From: an uncultured Candidatus Peribacteria bacterium
GTDB taxonomy: Bacteria > Patescibacteriota > Gracilibacteria > UBA1369 > GCA-2718715
DNA: 58,902 nucleotides
Assembly (NCBI GenBank): GCA_964451705.1
Contig: CAYVIV010000003.1
Location: 1 to 58,902 of the forward strand
Direction of reading: 5' to 3'
Position 1 is the first letter of the stretch; every line of letters starts with the position of its first letter. Under the pieces are notes generated by a model. The model saw nothing but the letters and a program-made list of their open reading frames with translations. It was not told where the DNA came from and made no database searches. Positions 45,869 through 55,061 of this stretch are shown here, piece after piece. The position numbers were made by a program, and so were the translations under genes.

Positions 45869-45959
45869 ATTATTTTCAAAGTTCCTCAAAACTTCAAGAA
45901 ATATCTTGGAAAAACTTCATAAAAGGGTTAAATTAGACATAGTTAAATAAAGAATTATA

Positions 45960-48554
45960 ATGGAAATTTCAAAAAGCTTTAATTTTCTAGGAAAAGAAAA
46001 ATTAATATATCAAGAGTGGGAAGAGCTAAACTGCTTTCAAGCAAATGACAATAAAGATACATTTTCAATTATAATGCCACCTCCAAATGCTACAGGACAA
46101 CTACATGTGGGGCATGCCTGTGGCTTATCGATACAAGATATAATGGTTAGATTTAAACGTATGCAGGGCTTTAGCACCTGGTATATTCCTGGCACAGATC
46201 ATGCTGCTCTAGCGACTAGTTCTAAAGTCGAAGGTTTATACTTTAAAAAAGAAGGTAAAACACGGCATGATTATGGCCGAAAGAAATTCCTAGAACTAGT
46301 AAATGACTATGTTAAAAACTCACAAGATACCATTATTAAACAAACAAAAGTAGTCGGTACCAGCTGTGACTGGAGCAACATTCGATACACCATGGATGAA
46401 ACAACTAGTAACAATGTACTAGCCACCTTTATAAAAATGTACAATGACGGGCTTATATATAGAGCAGGTCGCATAGTCAATTGGGATCCGAATATGCAAA
46501 GTACTGTTTCTACAGAGGAAATTGAGTACAAAGAAGAAAAATCAAAGTTTTACTATTTAAAGTTTGGTCCAGTTACTATAGGGACCTCCCGGCCAGAAAC
46601 AAAGTTTAGAGATAAAATTATCGTGGTTCATCCAGAGGATAAAAGATATAAGCATTTGATAGGAACAGAATTTGAATGTGAGTGGATAGATGGTACAATC
46701 AAAGCCAAAATTATTGCAGATGATTGTATAGACATGAATCTTGGTACAGGTGCCATGACCATCACACCAGCACATAGTATGGTAGACTATGAACTAGCAA
46801 TTAAGCACAGTCTAGAGATCCAACAGGTTATAGATTTAGATGGTAAAATCCTTGACTCTGCCTCCAAAAGCTGTGGTGGGCTGAGCATTCTTGATGCTAG
46901 GAAAAAGGTTATAGATATCCTAGAAGAGAAAGGCTTAGTAGAAAAAATTGAGGAAAATTACATGCACAACATTGCTCTAAACGAAAGAGGTGGGGGAGTT
47001 ATAGAACCACAAGTTATGCACCAATGGTGGCTAAATGTGAATAAAGAAGCAGTTGCGTACCAGGGACAAAAACTAAGCTTTAAACAAATTCTAGAAAAGG
47101 TCATTAAAGAGGATCAAATAGAAATTATACCAAAAAAATTCGAAGCTACATATTTTAACTGGATAGAAAATTACCAAGATTGGTGTTTATCTAGACAAAT
47201 TTGGTTTGGTCACAGAATACCAGCTTGGTATAAAGACAAAGACATAAAAGTCCAAAAAGACTCTCCAGGCCCAGGTTGGAAGCAAGACGAAGACACACTA
47301 GATACATGGTTTTCCTCCGCTCAGTGGACATACAACACTATGGAGTACCCTAAAATGGATTTAATAAAAAAGTTTCACCCAACAAGTGTGCTTGAAACTG
47401 GACGAGAGATACTAACCATTTGGGTTATTAGAATGATAATGATGAGCACATATAACCTAGGTGAAATTCCATTTAAGCAAGTCTTTTTACATGGGATGGT
47501 CGTCGACAAATATGGTAAAAAAATGAGCAAGTCTAAAGACAATGGAATCGATCCACTAGATGTAGTAGCTAAATATGGTGCCGATGCAGTCAGACTATCG
47601 TTGATTATAGGCATGACACCTGGACAGGACACCAGAATGTCAGAAGAAAAAATTGCTAGCTACAGAAACTTTGTCACTAAAGTCTGGAACAGTGTCCGTT
47701 ATATTCTATTAAACGTAGATACAAAATATCATCAAACGGTTGAAATTACAGCACAGGACATTAAATCACCTGCAGATAGTTGGATTCTTTGTGAACTCAA
47801 TAAGTTAATGCAAGAATCAACTGCCTGTATGGAAAAATGGCATTTATCACAGACAGGAACCAAATTATATAATTTTTTATGGAATACGCTCTGTAATTAC
47901 TACATAGAGATGTCTAAAACATCGCAAAACCCCAAAGTTTTGATTTATGTAACACAAACTTTACTTAAAATGCTACAACCATTCATTCCATTTGTGACAC
48001 AAGAACTCTGGAGTTTGCTGGGGCACAAATCTCAATTAATGCTAGAGCAATGGCCAGAACCTATCGTAGACGCCTGCCAAAAGCAAAGCAGTTACAATCA
48101 AGACATTATTCTGACAATTCAAGCTATTAGAAGCCTTAAGCAAGAAATGAACCTGCAAAACAATAAGGATGTTCGCGTCTTAATAAACACATCACTTGAG
48201 ATGCAAGATGCAATTGGAATCATTCAAAAAATGACTAAATTAGAAAACATAGAAATAATTGATTCAAAACAATATACTAAAAAAGGCTACATTGGCAAAG
48301 TGGTCAAAAAACACATATTTATAATGTTAGAGCTGCCTAGTGAAATAGATATTCAATCAGAAATCACAAAAGCTGAAAAAGAAATTAATCAAACAACTAA
48401 GTTTATAGAAAACGCCAAAGCAAAGCTCAACAATCCCAAGTATGTGAACTCCGCTCCAGAACATTTAGTTCAAGAAACTAAAGATAAACTGCTAGAGTTA
48501 GAACATAAATTAGAACAACTACAATCCAAATTAATCCACCTACAAAATGTCTAG
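45960..48554 (+). CDS. valS: valine--tRNA ligase
   Basis: PPPNATGQLHVGHA (HIGH), KMSKSKDN (KMSKS), a CP1 editing domain and a C-terminal coiled coil; 864 aa. Confidence 0.95.
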   Translation: MEISKSFNFLGKEKLIYQEWEELNCFQANDNKDTFSIIMPPPNATGQLHVGHACGLSIQDIMVRFKRMQGFSTWYIPGTDHAALATSSKVEGLYFKKEGKTRHDYGRKKFLELVNDYVKNSQDTIIKQTKVVGTSCDWSNIRYTMDETTSNNVLATFIKMYNDGLIYRAGRIVNWDPNMQSTVSTEEIEYKEEKSKFYYLKFGPVTIGTSRPETKFRDKIIVVHPEDKRYKHLIGTEFECEWIDGTIKAKIIADDCIDMNLGTGAMTITPAHSMVDYELAIKHSLEIQQVIDLDGKILDSASKSCGGLSILDARKKVIDILEEKGLVEKIEENYMHNIALNERGGGVIEPQVMHQWWLNVNKEAVAYQGQKLSFKQILEKVIKEDQIEIIPKKFEATYFNWIENYQDWCLSRQIWFGHRIPAWYKDKDIKVQKDSPGPGWKQDEDTLDTWFSSAQWTYNTMEYPKMDLIKKFHPTSVLETGREILTIWVIRMIMMSTYNLGEIPFKQVFLHGMVVDKYGKKMSKSKDNGIDPLDVVAKYGADAVRLSLIIGMTPGQDTRMSEEKIASYRNFVTKVWNSVRYILLNVDTKYHQTVEITAQDIKSPADSWILCELNKLMQESTACMEKWHLSQTGTKLYNFLWNTLCNYYIEMSKTSQNPKVLIYVTQTLLKMLQPFIPFVTQELWSLLGHKSQLMLEQWPEPIVDACQKQSSYNQDIILTIQAIRSLKQEMNLQNNKDVRVLINTSLEMQDAIGIIQKMTKLENIEIIDSKQYTKKGYIGKVVKKHIFIMLELPSEIDIQSEITKAEKEINQTTKFIENAKAKLNNPKYVNSAPEHLVQETKDKLLELEHKLEQLQSKLIHLQNV

Positions 48555-49401
48555 TATTCAAGACATAAAAATAATGATTGACAGTGATAAATTTGCTCAA
48601 GCAAACAAGGGCTTAAATAGTATCTTGCTTAAGGAACCTAACAACAAAGAGGCACAAGAACTTAAAACACAACTCCAACAAAAGGCGTATGACAAAAACA
48701 TACAACTAGTTGATGCTAAACTAAAAGAATACAAAGAGTTGTTTAAAGACAAAAAATACAAACAACTCATCCCAAAACTTCAAAAACTACAGGCCTATGC
48801 ACCAGGTTACAGCAAACTAGATAAATTTGTCTTAGCTTGTTTTAAAGAATACGAAAAAGGTCTTAACAAATCTGGAGACACTCAAATCAAAACTTTGCTA
48901 ACCAAGATAGACAAGCTAATTACAAGCGGTCAAGGCAATAAAGCAATATTGGCAGCTCAGAAGGCAGCTCTAGAGAACAAGTCCAATGCACTATATCAAA
49001 AAGTTGTTATAGATACCAAAAGAAACTTAATTAACTACAAACTCAAGAAAAATAAAAAAGGACTAAAAAAACTTAATGCTCCAAGTCGTTATGAATTTTT
49101 AAAAAAACTTTATATTATCGACAAATCTTACCCTAAGATTCAAGAGATTATGTTTAAAGCTAAAAAGGACCTAGAAAATTATGACTCAAAACAAAAAAAA
49201 GTTTATTTAAAGGAATCTAAAATGCAAATCAAGGTTCTATTTAATTCAAAAAAATATTTTGAAACTATGTCCGCATCTAAACAGCTTTTGAATTCATTTC
49301 CAAATAACTCGTATGCAAAGAAATATTATAAAAAAGCAAAAAAATCTCAGATTCAACAAAATTACCTAGTAGCTTATTCAAAATTAACCAATCAAACATG
49401 A
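48547..49401 (+). CDS. hypothetical Lys-rich helical (TPR-like?) protein
   Basis: A 284-aa ORF bracketed by overlaps: 8 nt with the valS stop and ATGA with the dcd start. This implies co-translation within the operon. No motif recognised. Confidence 0.5.
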   Translation: MSSIQDIKIMIDSDKFAQANKGLNSILLKEPNNKEAQELKTQLQQKAYDKNIQLVDAKLKEYKELFKDKKYKQLIPKLQKLQAYAPGYSKLDKFVLACFKEYEKGLNKSGDTQIKTLLTKIDKLITSGQGNKAILAAQKAALENKSNALYQKVVIDTKRNLINYKLKKNKKGLKKLNAPSRYEFLKKLYIIDKSYPKIQEIMFKAKKDLENYDSKQKKVYLKESKMQIKVLFNSKKYFETMSASKQLLNSFPNNSYAKKYYKKAKKSQIQQNYLVAYSKLTNQT

Positions 49402-50069
49402 TATTATCAGATAGGTCAATTAAGGAACAAATTAAAAAAGGCATACTGATTATTAATTCACCAGATAACAAACATCTTAAAAACATTCATGCGTCTAGTA
49501 TGGATCTAAGACTTGGTTATCATTTTAAGCTATATGAACATTCTAAAGTGGCAATTTTAGACCCCAAAAACCCAGAGCAAATGCAGTCTATGACCAAAAT
49601 GATTACACTTGATTCTGATAACGAACCCTTTATAGTACAACCTGGTGAGTTTGTCTTGGGTGTAACTATAGAAGATGTAAAGATACCAAATAACATGGTG
49701 GCCAGAGTCGAGGGTCGTAGTTCCTTAGGAAGATTAGGCATTATAGTGCATTCCACAGCAGGCTTTGTAGATGCAGGCTTTAGTGGTACTATCACCTTGG
49801 AAATTACAAATATCAACCGGCTACCAGTAGCCTTATATCCCGGGATGAGAGTGTGCCAGCTGGCATTCGAAACCATGACCACAGAGGCGGACGTACCATA
49901 TTACGCCAAAAAATCAGCCAAATACCAGGGCCAGAAATTCCCAGAAGAAAGCCGTATAGTAATCGATCCTGAATTTAAAACAACTTCATGCACTCAAAGA
50001 TCCCAGGGTTCATTAAAACAAGAATTGCCAGCAAGCCAAAAGTTGTCGAAGACAACTCCAAAAAGTTAA
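49398..50069 (+). CDS. dcd: dCTP deaminase
   Basis: MILSDRSIKE, SSMDLRLG, EGRSSLGRLGIIVH and KYQGQ. It carries a roughly 30-aa non-conserved C-terminal tail that reads into lipA. Confidence 0.9.
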   Translation: MILSDRSIKEQIKKGILIINSPDNKHLKNIHASSMDLRLGYHFKLYEHSKVAILDPKNPEQMQSMTKMITLDSDNEPFIVQPGEFVLGVTIEDVKIPNNMVARVEGRSSLGRLGIIVHSTAGFVDAGFSGTITLEITNINRLPVALYPGMRVCQLAFETMTTEADVPYYAKKSAKYQGQKFPEESRIVIDPEFKTTSCTQRSQGSLKQELPASQKLSKTTPKS

Positions 50070-50866
50070 AAAAGCTTGGCTTAGCAACTGTCTGCCAAGA
50101 AGCTAAATGTCCAAACATAGGTGAGTGCTGGAGCCAAAACACTGCCACATTTATGGTAATGGGCGATACATGCACTCGTGGTTGTAAATTTTGTCATGTG
50201 AAAACTGGCATGCCAGAGGCACTCGATAAATTAGAACCCTACAAGGTCGCAATTGCTATAAAAAAAATGCAGCTTGATTATGTTGTCATAACTTCTGTCG
50301 ATAGGGATGAGCTAGAAGATCAAGGGGCAAATCACTTTGCGCAAGTTATTTTAAAAGTAAAAGAGTATTGCCCAAATATCAAAATAGAAGTCTTAATTCC
50401 TGACTTTCAAGGCCAAAGCGAATTACTAGACATAATAATGCAAGCTAGACCAGAAGTTATTGCACACAATATTGAAACCACAGAATCTCTAACGCCAAAA
50501 GTTCGTGATATCAGGGCCAAGTACAAACAGTCCTTACGTGTACTTGATTATATTAAAGTCAACAATCCAAACATAGTGACTAAAAGCAGCATTATGTTAG
50601 GTCTTGGAGAAACGGTAAACTGCTTAGAAAAAACTTTTAAAGATCTAGCAAATATAAAACTAGATATGCTAACATTAGGACAATACTTACAACCAAGTCC
50701 CAAACAACTAGCTGTGCAAAAATACTACCGTCCGCAAGAGTATCCAGCTATTTGCGAAAAAGCGCAGGCAGCAGGCATTAAATTAGCAGAAGGGTTTCCA
50801 CTCATGCGCAGTTCTTATAAGGCAAATGAGTACTACAAAAAATTAATTTTTAGCACATGCAACTAG
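49988..50866 (+). CDS. lipA: lipoyl synthase
   Basis: CQEAKCPNIGEC auxiliary cluster motif and the radical-SAM CTRGCKFC. There is no alternative ATG before these motifs. Confidence 0.9.
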   Translation: MHSKIPGFIKTRIASKPKVVEDNSKKLKKLGLATVCQEAKCPNIGECWSQNTATFMVMGDTCTRGCKFCHVKTGMPEALDKLEPYKVAIAIKKMQLDYVVITSVDRDELEDQGANHFAQVILKVKEYCPNIKIEVLIPDFQGQSELLDIIMQARPEVIAHNIETTESLTPKVRDIRAKYKQSLRVLDYIKVNNPNIVTKSSIMLGLGETVNCLEKTFKDLANIKLDMLTLGQYLQPSPKQLAVQKYYRPQEYPAICEKAQAAGIKLAEGFPLMRSSYKANEYYKKLIFSTCN

Positions 50867-51957
50867 ACTCTAAAAAACATATACTTTTTAAAAACTATGA
50901 CTATCAAAACACTCCTGCCTATAGTGTCTTAGACATTCAAGGTAACGTAGTAGATAAACAAGCAGCTAGTGCATTTAATGATCAAGAACTGCTAAAAATA
51001 TACGGTTGGATGCTAAAAATACGCCTGGCAGATCAGAAATGTATCAATATGCAAAGACAAGGTAAAATGGGAACCTATCTATCTGTAAAAGGACAAGAAG
51101 CCTGCCAAGTTGGTGCCACATTTTTACTAAACAAAGACGACTGGCTAGTGCCAGCATTTAGAGAATCTGGCATGATGCAAATTATGGGCGTTGAACTCTC
51201 CAAACTATTGCTGTATTGGATGGGTAGCGAAAAAGGTAGCCAAGTTCCAGACAACGTAAATGTCTTACCAATTTCTATTTGTGTAGGAAGTCACATTCCG
51301 CACGCTGCAGGAATAGGTTGGGCCGAACGTCTAAAAATGGGACGTAAAATTGCAGTGTGCTCCTTTGGCGATGGAGCCACTAGTGAAGGGGACTTTCATG
51401 CAGGGCTCAATTTTGCGAGCTTATATAATAGTAAAACCATATTCTTTTGCCAAAATAATCAATTTGCAATCTCTACTCCAAGAAATCAGCAAACCAAGGC
51501 AAAAACACTAGCACAAAAAGCAATTAGTTACGATATGCCACACATTCAAGTTGACGGCAATGATGTCTTAGCCATTCTCACAGTCATGAAAGAAGCTATA
51601 GACCTAAGTCGTAATCAAAACACTCCAAGTTTTATAGAGGCCGTAACGTATAGATTAGAAGACCACTCGACATCTGACAGTGCCAGTTTGTACCGAGATC
51701 CAAAAGAGTTCGAGCAAGCTCAGGCAGCAGATCCACTCAAAAGAATAGAAGTTTTTCTCAGAAAGAAGTCAGTACTTACAGATGAAATCAAACAAGACAT
51801 TGAAAAAAAGGCACAGACTCAAATTGAAGAACAAATACTCAAGGCCAGTCGCGAAATGGACCCAGCAGCCGACGATATGTTTACTTATCTACTCTCAGAA
51901 ACATATCCTGAATTAGAAAAACAAAGAACAGAATTATTAAATCACATAAACACATAG
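50857..51957 (+). CDS. pdhA: 2-oxoacid (pyruvate/acetoin/branched-chain) dehydrogenase E1 alpha subunit
   Basis: TPP-binding GDGATSEGDFHAGLNFA...FFCQNNQFAIST; 366 aa. Substrate specificity cannot be read from the sequence. Confidence 0.85.
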   Translation: MQLDSKKHILFKNYDYQNTPAYSVLDIQGNVVDKQAASAFNDQELLKIYGWMLKIRLADQKCINMQRQGKMGTYLSVKGQEACQVGATFLLNKDDWLVPAFRESGMMQIMGVELSKLLLYWMGSEKGSQVPDNVNVLPISICVGSHIPHAAGIGWAERLKMGRKIAVCSFGDGATSEGDFHAGLNFASLYNSKTIFFCQNNQFAISTPRNQQTKAKTLAQKAISYDMPHIQVDGNDVLAILTVMKEAIDLSRNQNTPSFIEAVTYRLEDHSTSDSASLYRDPKEFEQAQAADPLKRIEVFLRKKSVLTDEIKQDIEKKAQTQIEEQILKASREMDPAADDMFTYLLSETYPELEKQRTELLNHINT

Positions 51958-51958
51958 T

Positions 51959-52939
51959 ATGAGCCAATTAAAAGTAATTGAGGCCATAAATCAAGCTCTA
52001 GATATGGCAATGGAAAAAAACGATAAAATCATGCTACTTGGTGAAGACATTGGCAAAGTTGGTGGGGTTTTTAGAACCACAGCAGGCTTACAAAAAAAAC
52101 ATGGAACCGAAAGGGTGGTAGACGCACCAATTTCAGAAATGGGCATAATTGGAACTGCAGTTGGTCTATCTTTAAATGGCTTTATTCCAGTTTGCGAAAT
52201 TCAATTCGATGGCTTTGTATGGACAGGGTTCGATCAGATTATAAACCATGTCACAAGAATGCGCAGCCGTAGCCGTGGTCGATTTAGCTGCCCAATGGTC
52301 ATTCGAATACCCTTTGGTGGTGGCATACATGCTCTGGAACACCATTCAGAAAGTATGGAAGCTGTTTTTAGCCACATTCCAGGAATCAATGTAGTTATTG
52401 CTTCTAACCCAGTTAATGCCAAAGGACTTCTGCTAGCAGCCTTAGAGTCACCAGACCCAACCATATTCCTAGAGCCGAAAAGAGTATATAGAGCAATCAA
52501 AACCGAAGTCCCAGCAGAGTACTACACACAAGATACTAAAAAAGCAGTTATAGAAAGGCAAGGCAGCCAAGTTACTATTATCTCCTATGGTGCCATGTAT
52601 ACAGAAACTAAAAAAGCCCTGGCGCAATACATACAAACAAACCCAATTGATTTTGAACTAATAGATTTAATTTCCCTAAGTCCAATTGACTACGAAACAA
52701 TTTTTGAATCTGCAAACAAAACTGGCAAAGTCTTAATCGTAAATGAAGAAAATCCTAACTGCGGTCTCGCAGCAGAACTATCCGCAAGCATTCACGAAAA
52801 TTGCATGTTTAACCTGCACGCACCAGTAAAAAGGGTCACAGGTTACGATGTGATTATTCCGTTACTCAAAAACGAATACAATTACATACCAAGCACTAAA
52901 AAGATAATTAGTGCCCTAGATGATTTAATCAAACAATAA
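51959..52939 (+). CDS. pdhB: 2-oxoacid dehydrogenase E1 beta subunit
   Basis: LGEDIGKVGGVFRTT.GL....G..RV.DAPISE.GI.G.A.G and EPKRVYR; 326 aa. Confidence 0.9.
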   Translation: MSQLKVIEAINQALDMAMEKNDKIMLLGEDIGKVGGVFRTTAGLQKKHGTERVVDAPISEMGIIGTAVGLSLNGFIPVCEIQFDGFVWTGFDQIINHVTRMRSRSRGRFSCPMVIRIPFGGGIHALEHHSESMEAVFSHIPGINVVIASNPVNAKGLLLAALESPDPTIFLEPKRVYRAIKTEVPAEYYTQDTKKAVIERQGSQVTIISYGAMYTETKKALAQYIQTNPIDFELIDLISLSPIDYETIFESANKTGKVLIVNEENPNCGLAAELSASIHENCMFNLHAPVKRVTGYDVIIPLLKNEYNYIPSTKKIISALDDLIKQ

Positions 52940-54210
52940 TGAAATTTCTATTTCCAGATGTAGGTGAAGGCATACACGAAGCAAAACTTGTAAGTATCCA
53001 CAAAAATCAAGGTGAAAACATTAAACAAGATGAAGTCTTGTGTGAAGTCGAAACCGACAAATCAGTAGTAGAAATACCATCTCCAGCAACTGGTCTTATA
53101 GAAAGCTTCCCACATAAAATTGGGGACACAATCCACGTAGGTGATATGCTAGCCGAAATTAGCTCAGAGAATCCCAGTCCAAATACAAAAAGCGATATGC
53201 AAGAAACACAAAGCTCTGGCAATGTAGTCGGCAGCCTAGAAGATGCAGATACTAGCAAGTTTTCAGAAATAGACTTTAGTAATTACACAGCCAACACAAC
53301 AAAACAGGCTACAGTGTCGGCCTTACCACAAGTCAGGAAACTTGCGAGAGACAACAATATTAAATTAACAGACATTAAAAGCCAAGGCACTGTCTCCAAA
53401 AAAGAACTTGAAGATTTTATAGCTCAAACAGCCAACTCCAAGCAAGCTACTGAAAAGACTACTCAAGAAGCTACAACACCCCCAGCCAACTCTGAAGAAA
53501 CAAAAGATAGCAAAACCTCTGTAAGAACAAATAAAGACACCATAGAGCTTTCTCAAACCAGAAAAACTATTTCAAAACGCATGCAAGAAAGTCTACAAAC
53601 TACTGCGCAAGTTACACAAATGGATGACATAAATATTCAAAATATAATTGAACACAGACAAGCAGCTAAACAAGAAGCTCAGCAAGAGGGTGTTAAACTC
53701 ACATATCTACCATATTTTATTAAAAGCCTTATAGAAACTATCAAAGAGTATCCATTTTTTAACGCAGAATATGATAGCTCAGCTCAACAACTCACACCAA
53801 TCAAGGAGTTTCACATTGCTATTGCTGTCGACACACCCAACGGTCTCATGGTCCCAGTCATCAAAAATGCCGAAAATTACAATTTATTTGGTCTAGCAAA
53901 AGTCATACAAGAACTCGCCCAAAAAGCTCATGATAGAAGCCTAGGCGCAGCAGACCAAACAGGCTCAAGCATTACAATTACAAACTACGGTAGTTTAGGC
54001 ACAAAGTATGCAACTCCCATCCTCAACCTGCCCAACACAGCCAACCTTGGCATTGGAACCTTTGAAGAAAAACTAGTCATGCACAACGAGGAAATTCAAG
54101 CACAAACTTTCGTGCCAATCAGCTTAACATATGCCCATGACGTAATCGATGGGGGATCTGCAGCTAGGTTTTTGCAAACACTCAAAGATAAACTTGCAGA
54201 ATTAACCTAG
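52939..54210 (+). CDS. pdhC: dihydrolipoamide acyltransferase E2 subunit
   Basis: Lipoyl domain with EVETDKSVVEIPSP (lipoyl-Lys), an E3/E1-binding segment ALPQVRKLARDNNIKL, and a catalytic domain ending YAHDVIDGGSAARFL. Confidence 0.9.
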   Translation: MKFLFPDVGEGIHEAKLVSIHKNQGENIKQDEVLCEVETDKSVVEIPSPATGLIESFPHKIGDTIHVGDMLAEISSENPSPNTKSDMQETQSSGNVVGSLEDADTSKFSEIDFSNYTANTTKQATVSALPQVRKLARDNNIKLTDIKSQGTVSKKELEDFIAQTANSKQATEKTTQEATTPPANSEETKDSKTSVRTNKDTIELSQTRKTISKRMQESLQTTAQVTQMDDINIQNIIEHRQAAKQEAQQEGVKLTYLPYFIKSLIETIKEYPFFNAEYDSSAQQLTPIKEFHIAIAVDTPNGLMVPVIKNAENYNLFGLAKVIQELAQKAHDRSLGAADQTGSSITITNYGSLGTKYATPILNLPNTANLGIGTFEEKLVMHNEEIQAQTFVPISLTYAHDVIDGGSAARFLQTLKDKLAELT

Positions 54211-54256
54211 ACAAAAGATAAATTTAGAGGTATTGTTGTGAAAATAAAACAACAAT

Positions 54257-54856
54257 ATGTCAAAATTAATTAGTACTCTCTCTCGCCATTTAGGCTCCAT
54301 TACAGAAGGGATCACAGAAGATTACATAGTAGATCCAATAGCTAAGAATGGAGAAGTTCTCACAGAACTTGGACACTTTGGATATTTAAGAGTAATTGGC
54401 TGCGAAACAGCACCACAAAACAAGTATCTACAAAGAAATCTTGAAGAGCAGTTTGATATAGCACAAGTTGCTAGCGATGTGCATTTTCAAGTTATACAAG
54501 CAAGTATAGACAATCCAAGAAATATGCTATCTCAACTCAAAACAGTTAGTTTTACACCAATTGACTGCTTCGATGGCGCAGAACACACAATGCCCAAAGA
54601 AGGGCTTTCTAGCGAAAACACGAGATTAATACTAATAGCACCAGAAACAAGGATCCTAATTAATAGGAGCTTTGTCCGTAAAATTGAAATACTTATGGAG
54701 TCTTTTCCAAAACTACTAGTAATCTCTAATTACACAAATCTAGAGACACTTCTGACAATCAACAATCACAACTTTGAAACTGAAAAAACAATTGGACAAT
54801 GGATAGTCTTATTCAACCATCCAGAATATGATGAAGGTCCATCTGCATGGTACTAA
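54257..54856 (+). CDS. hypothetical protein (last gene of the lipA-pdh operon)
   Basis: A 199-aa ORF, co-oriented and 46 nt after E2. No motif recognised. It does not look like E3, LipB or LplA. Confidence 0.5.
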   Translation: MSKLISTLSRHLGSITEGITEDYIVDPIAKNGEVLTELGHFGYLRVIGCETAPQNKYLQRNLEEQFDIAQVASDVHFQVIQASIDNPRNMLSQLKTVSFTPIDCFDGAEHTMPKEGLSSENTRLILIAPETRILINRSFVRKIEILMESFPKLLVISNYTNLETLLTINNHNFETEKTIGQWIVLFNHPEYDEGPSAWY

Positions 54857-54986
54857 GTAGCTAGTATCACAGTCGGAATATCTTAGCAGTTACGTTGGAA
54901 CATAAACTAAAGAAGCCTATTACTTCTTTGGTCTTTCCTCCTGGAAGGTGGGAAATCTTTGACTGCAATATATTTCATACTGAAAA

Positions 54987-55061
54987 TGGCTCCCGGGGTC
55001 GGACTCGAACCGACGACCAATTGGTTAACAGCCAACTGCTCTACCACTGAGCTACCCGGGA
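54987..55061 (-). tRNA. tRNA-Asn (anticodon GTT), CCA encoded
   Basis: Reverse complement is TCCCGGG TA GCTC AGTGGTA GAGC A GTTGG CTGTTAA CCAAT TGGTC GTCGG TTCGAGT CCGAC CCCGGGA G CCA. Confidence 0.9.

Noticed and set aside
49399-49401. Possibility of genetic code 25 (UGA = Gly), as in some candidate phyla
   Set aside because: All large housekeeping genes are uninterrupted in the standard code. The TGA at 49399..49401 works as a sensible stop in an ATGA stop-start overlap. Reading through it would only add a tail overlapping dcd.
54233-54255. 7-bp hairpin ttgttgt/acaacaa between E2 and the 199-aa ORF
   Set aside because: There is no T-tract, so it is not an intrinsic terminator. It ends 1 nt before the ATG and is all A/T/G-poor. 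It may modulate translation, but it is too weak to call.
54911-54935. aaagaag/cttcttt hairpin after the 199-aa ORF, near tRNA-Asn
   Set aside because: It is a short A/T-rich stem with no clear T-tract on either strand. It is a plausible weak terminator but not supportable from sequence alone.
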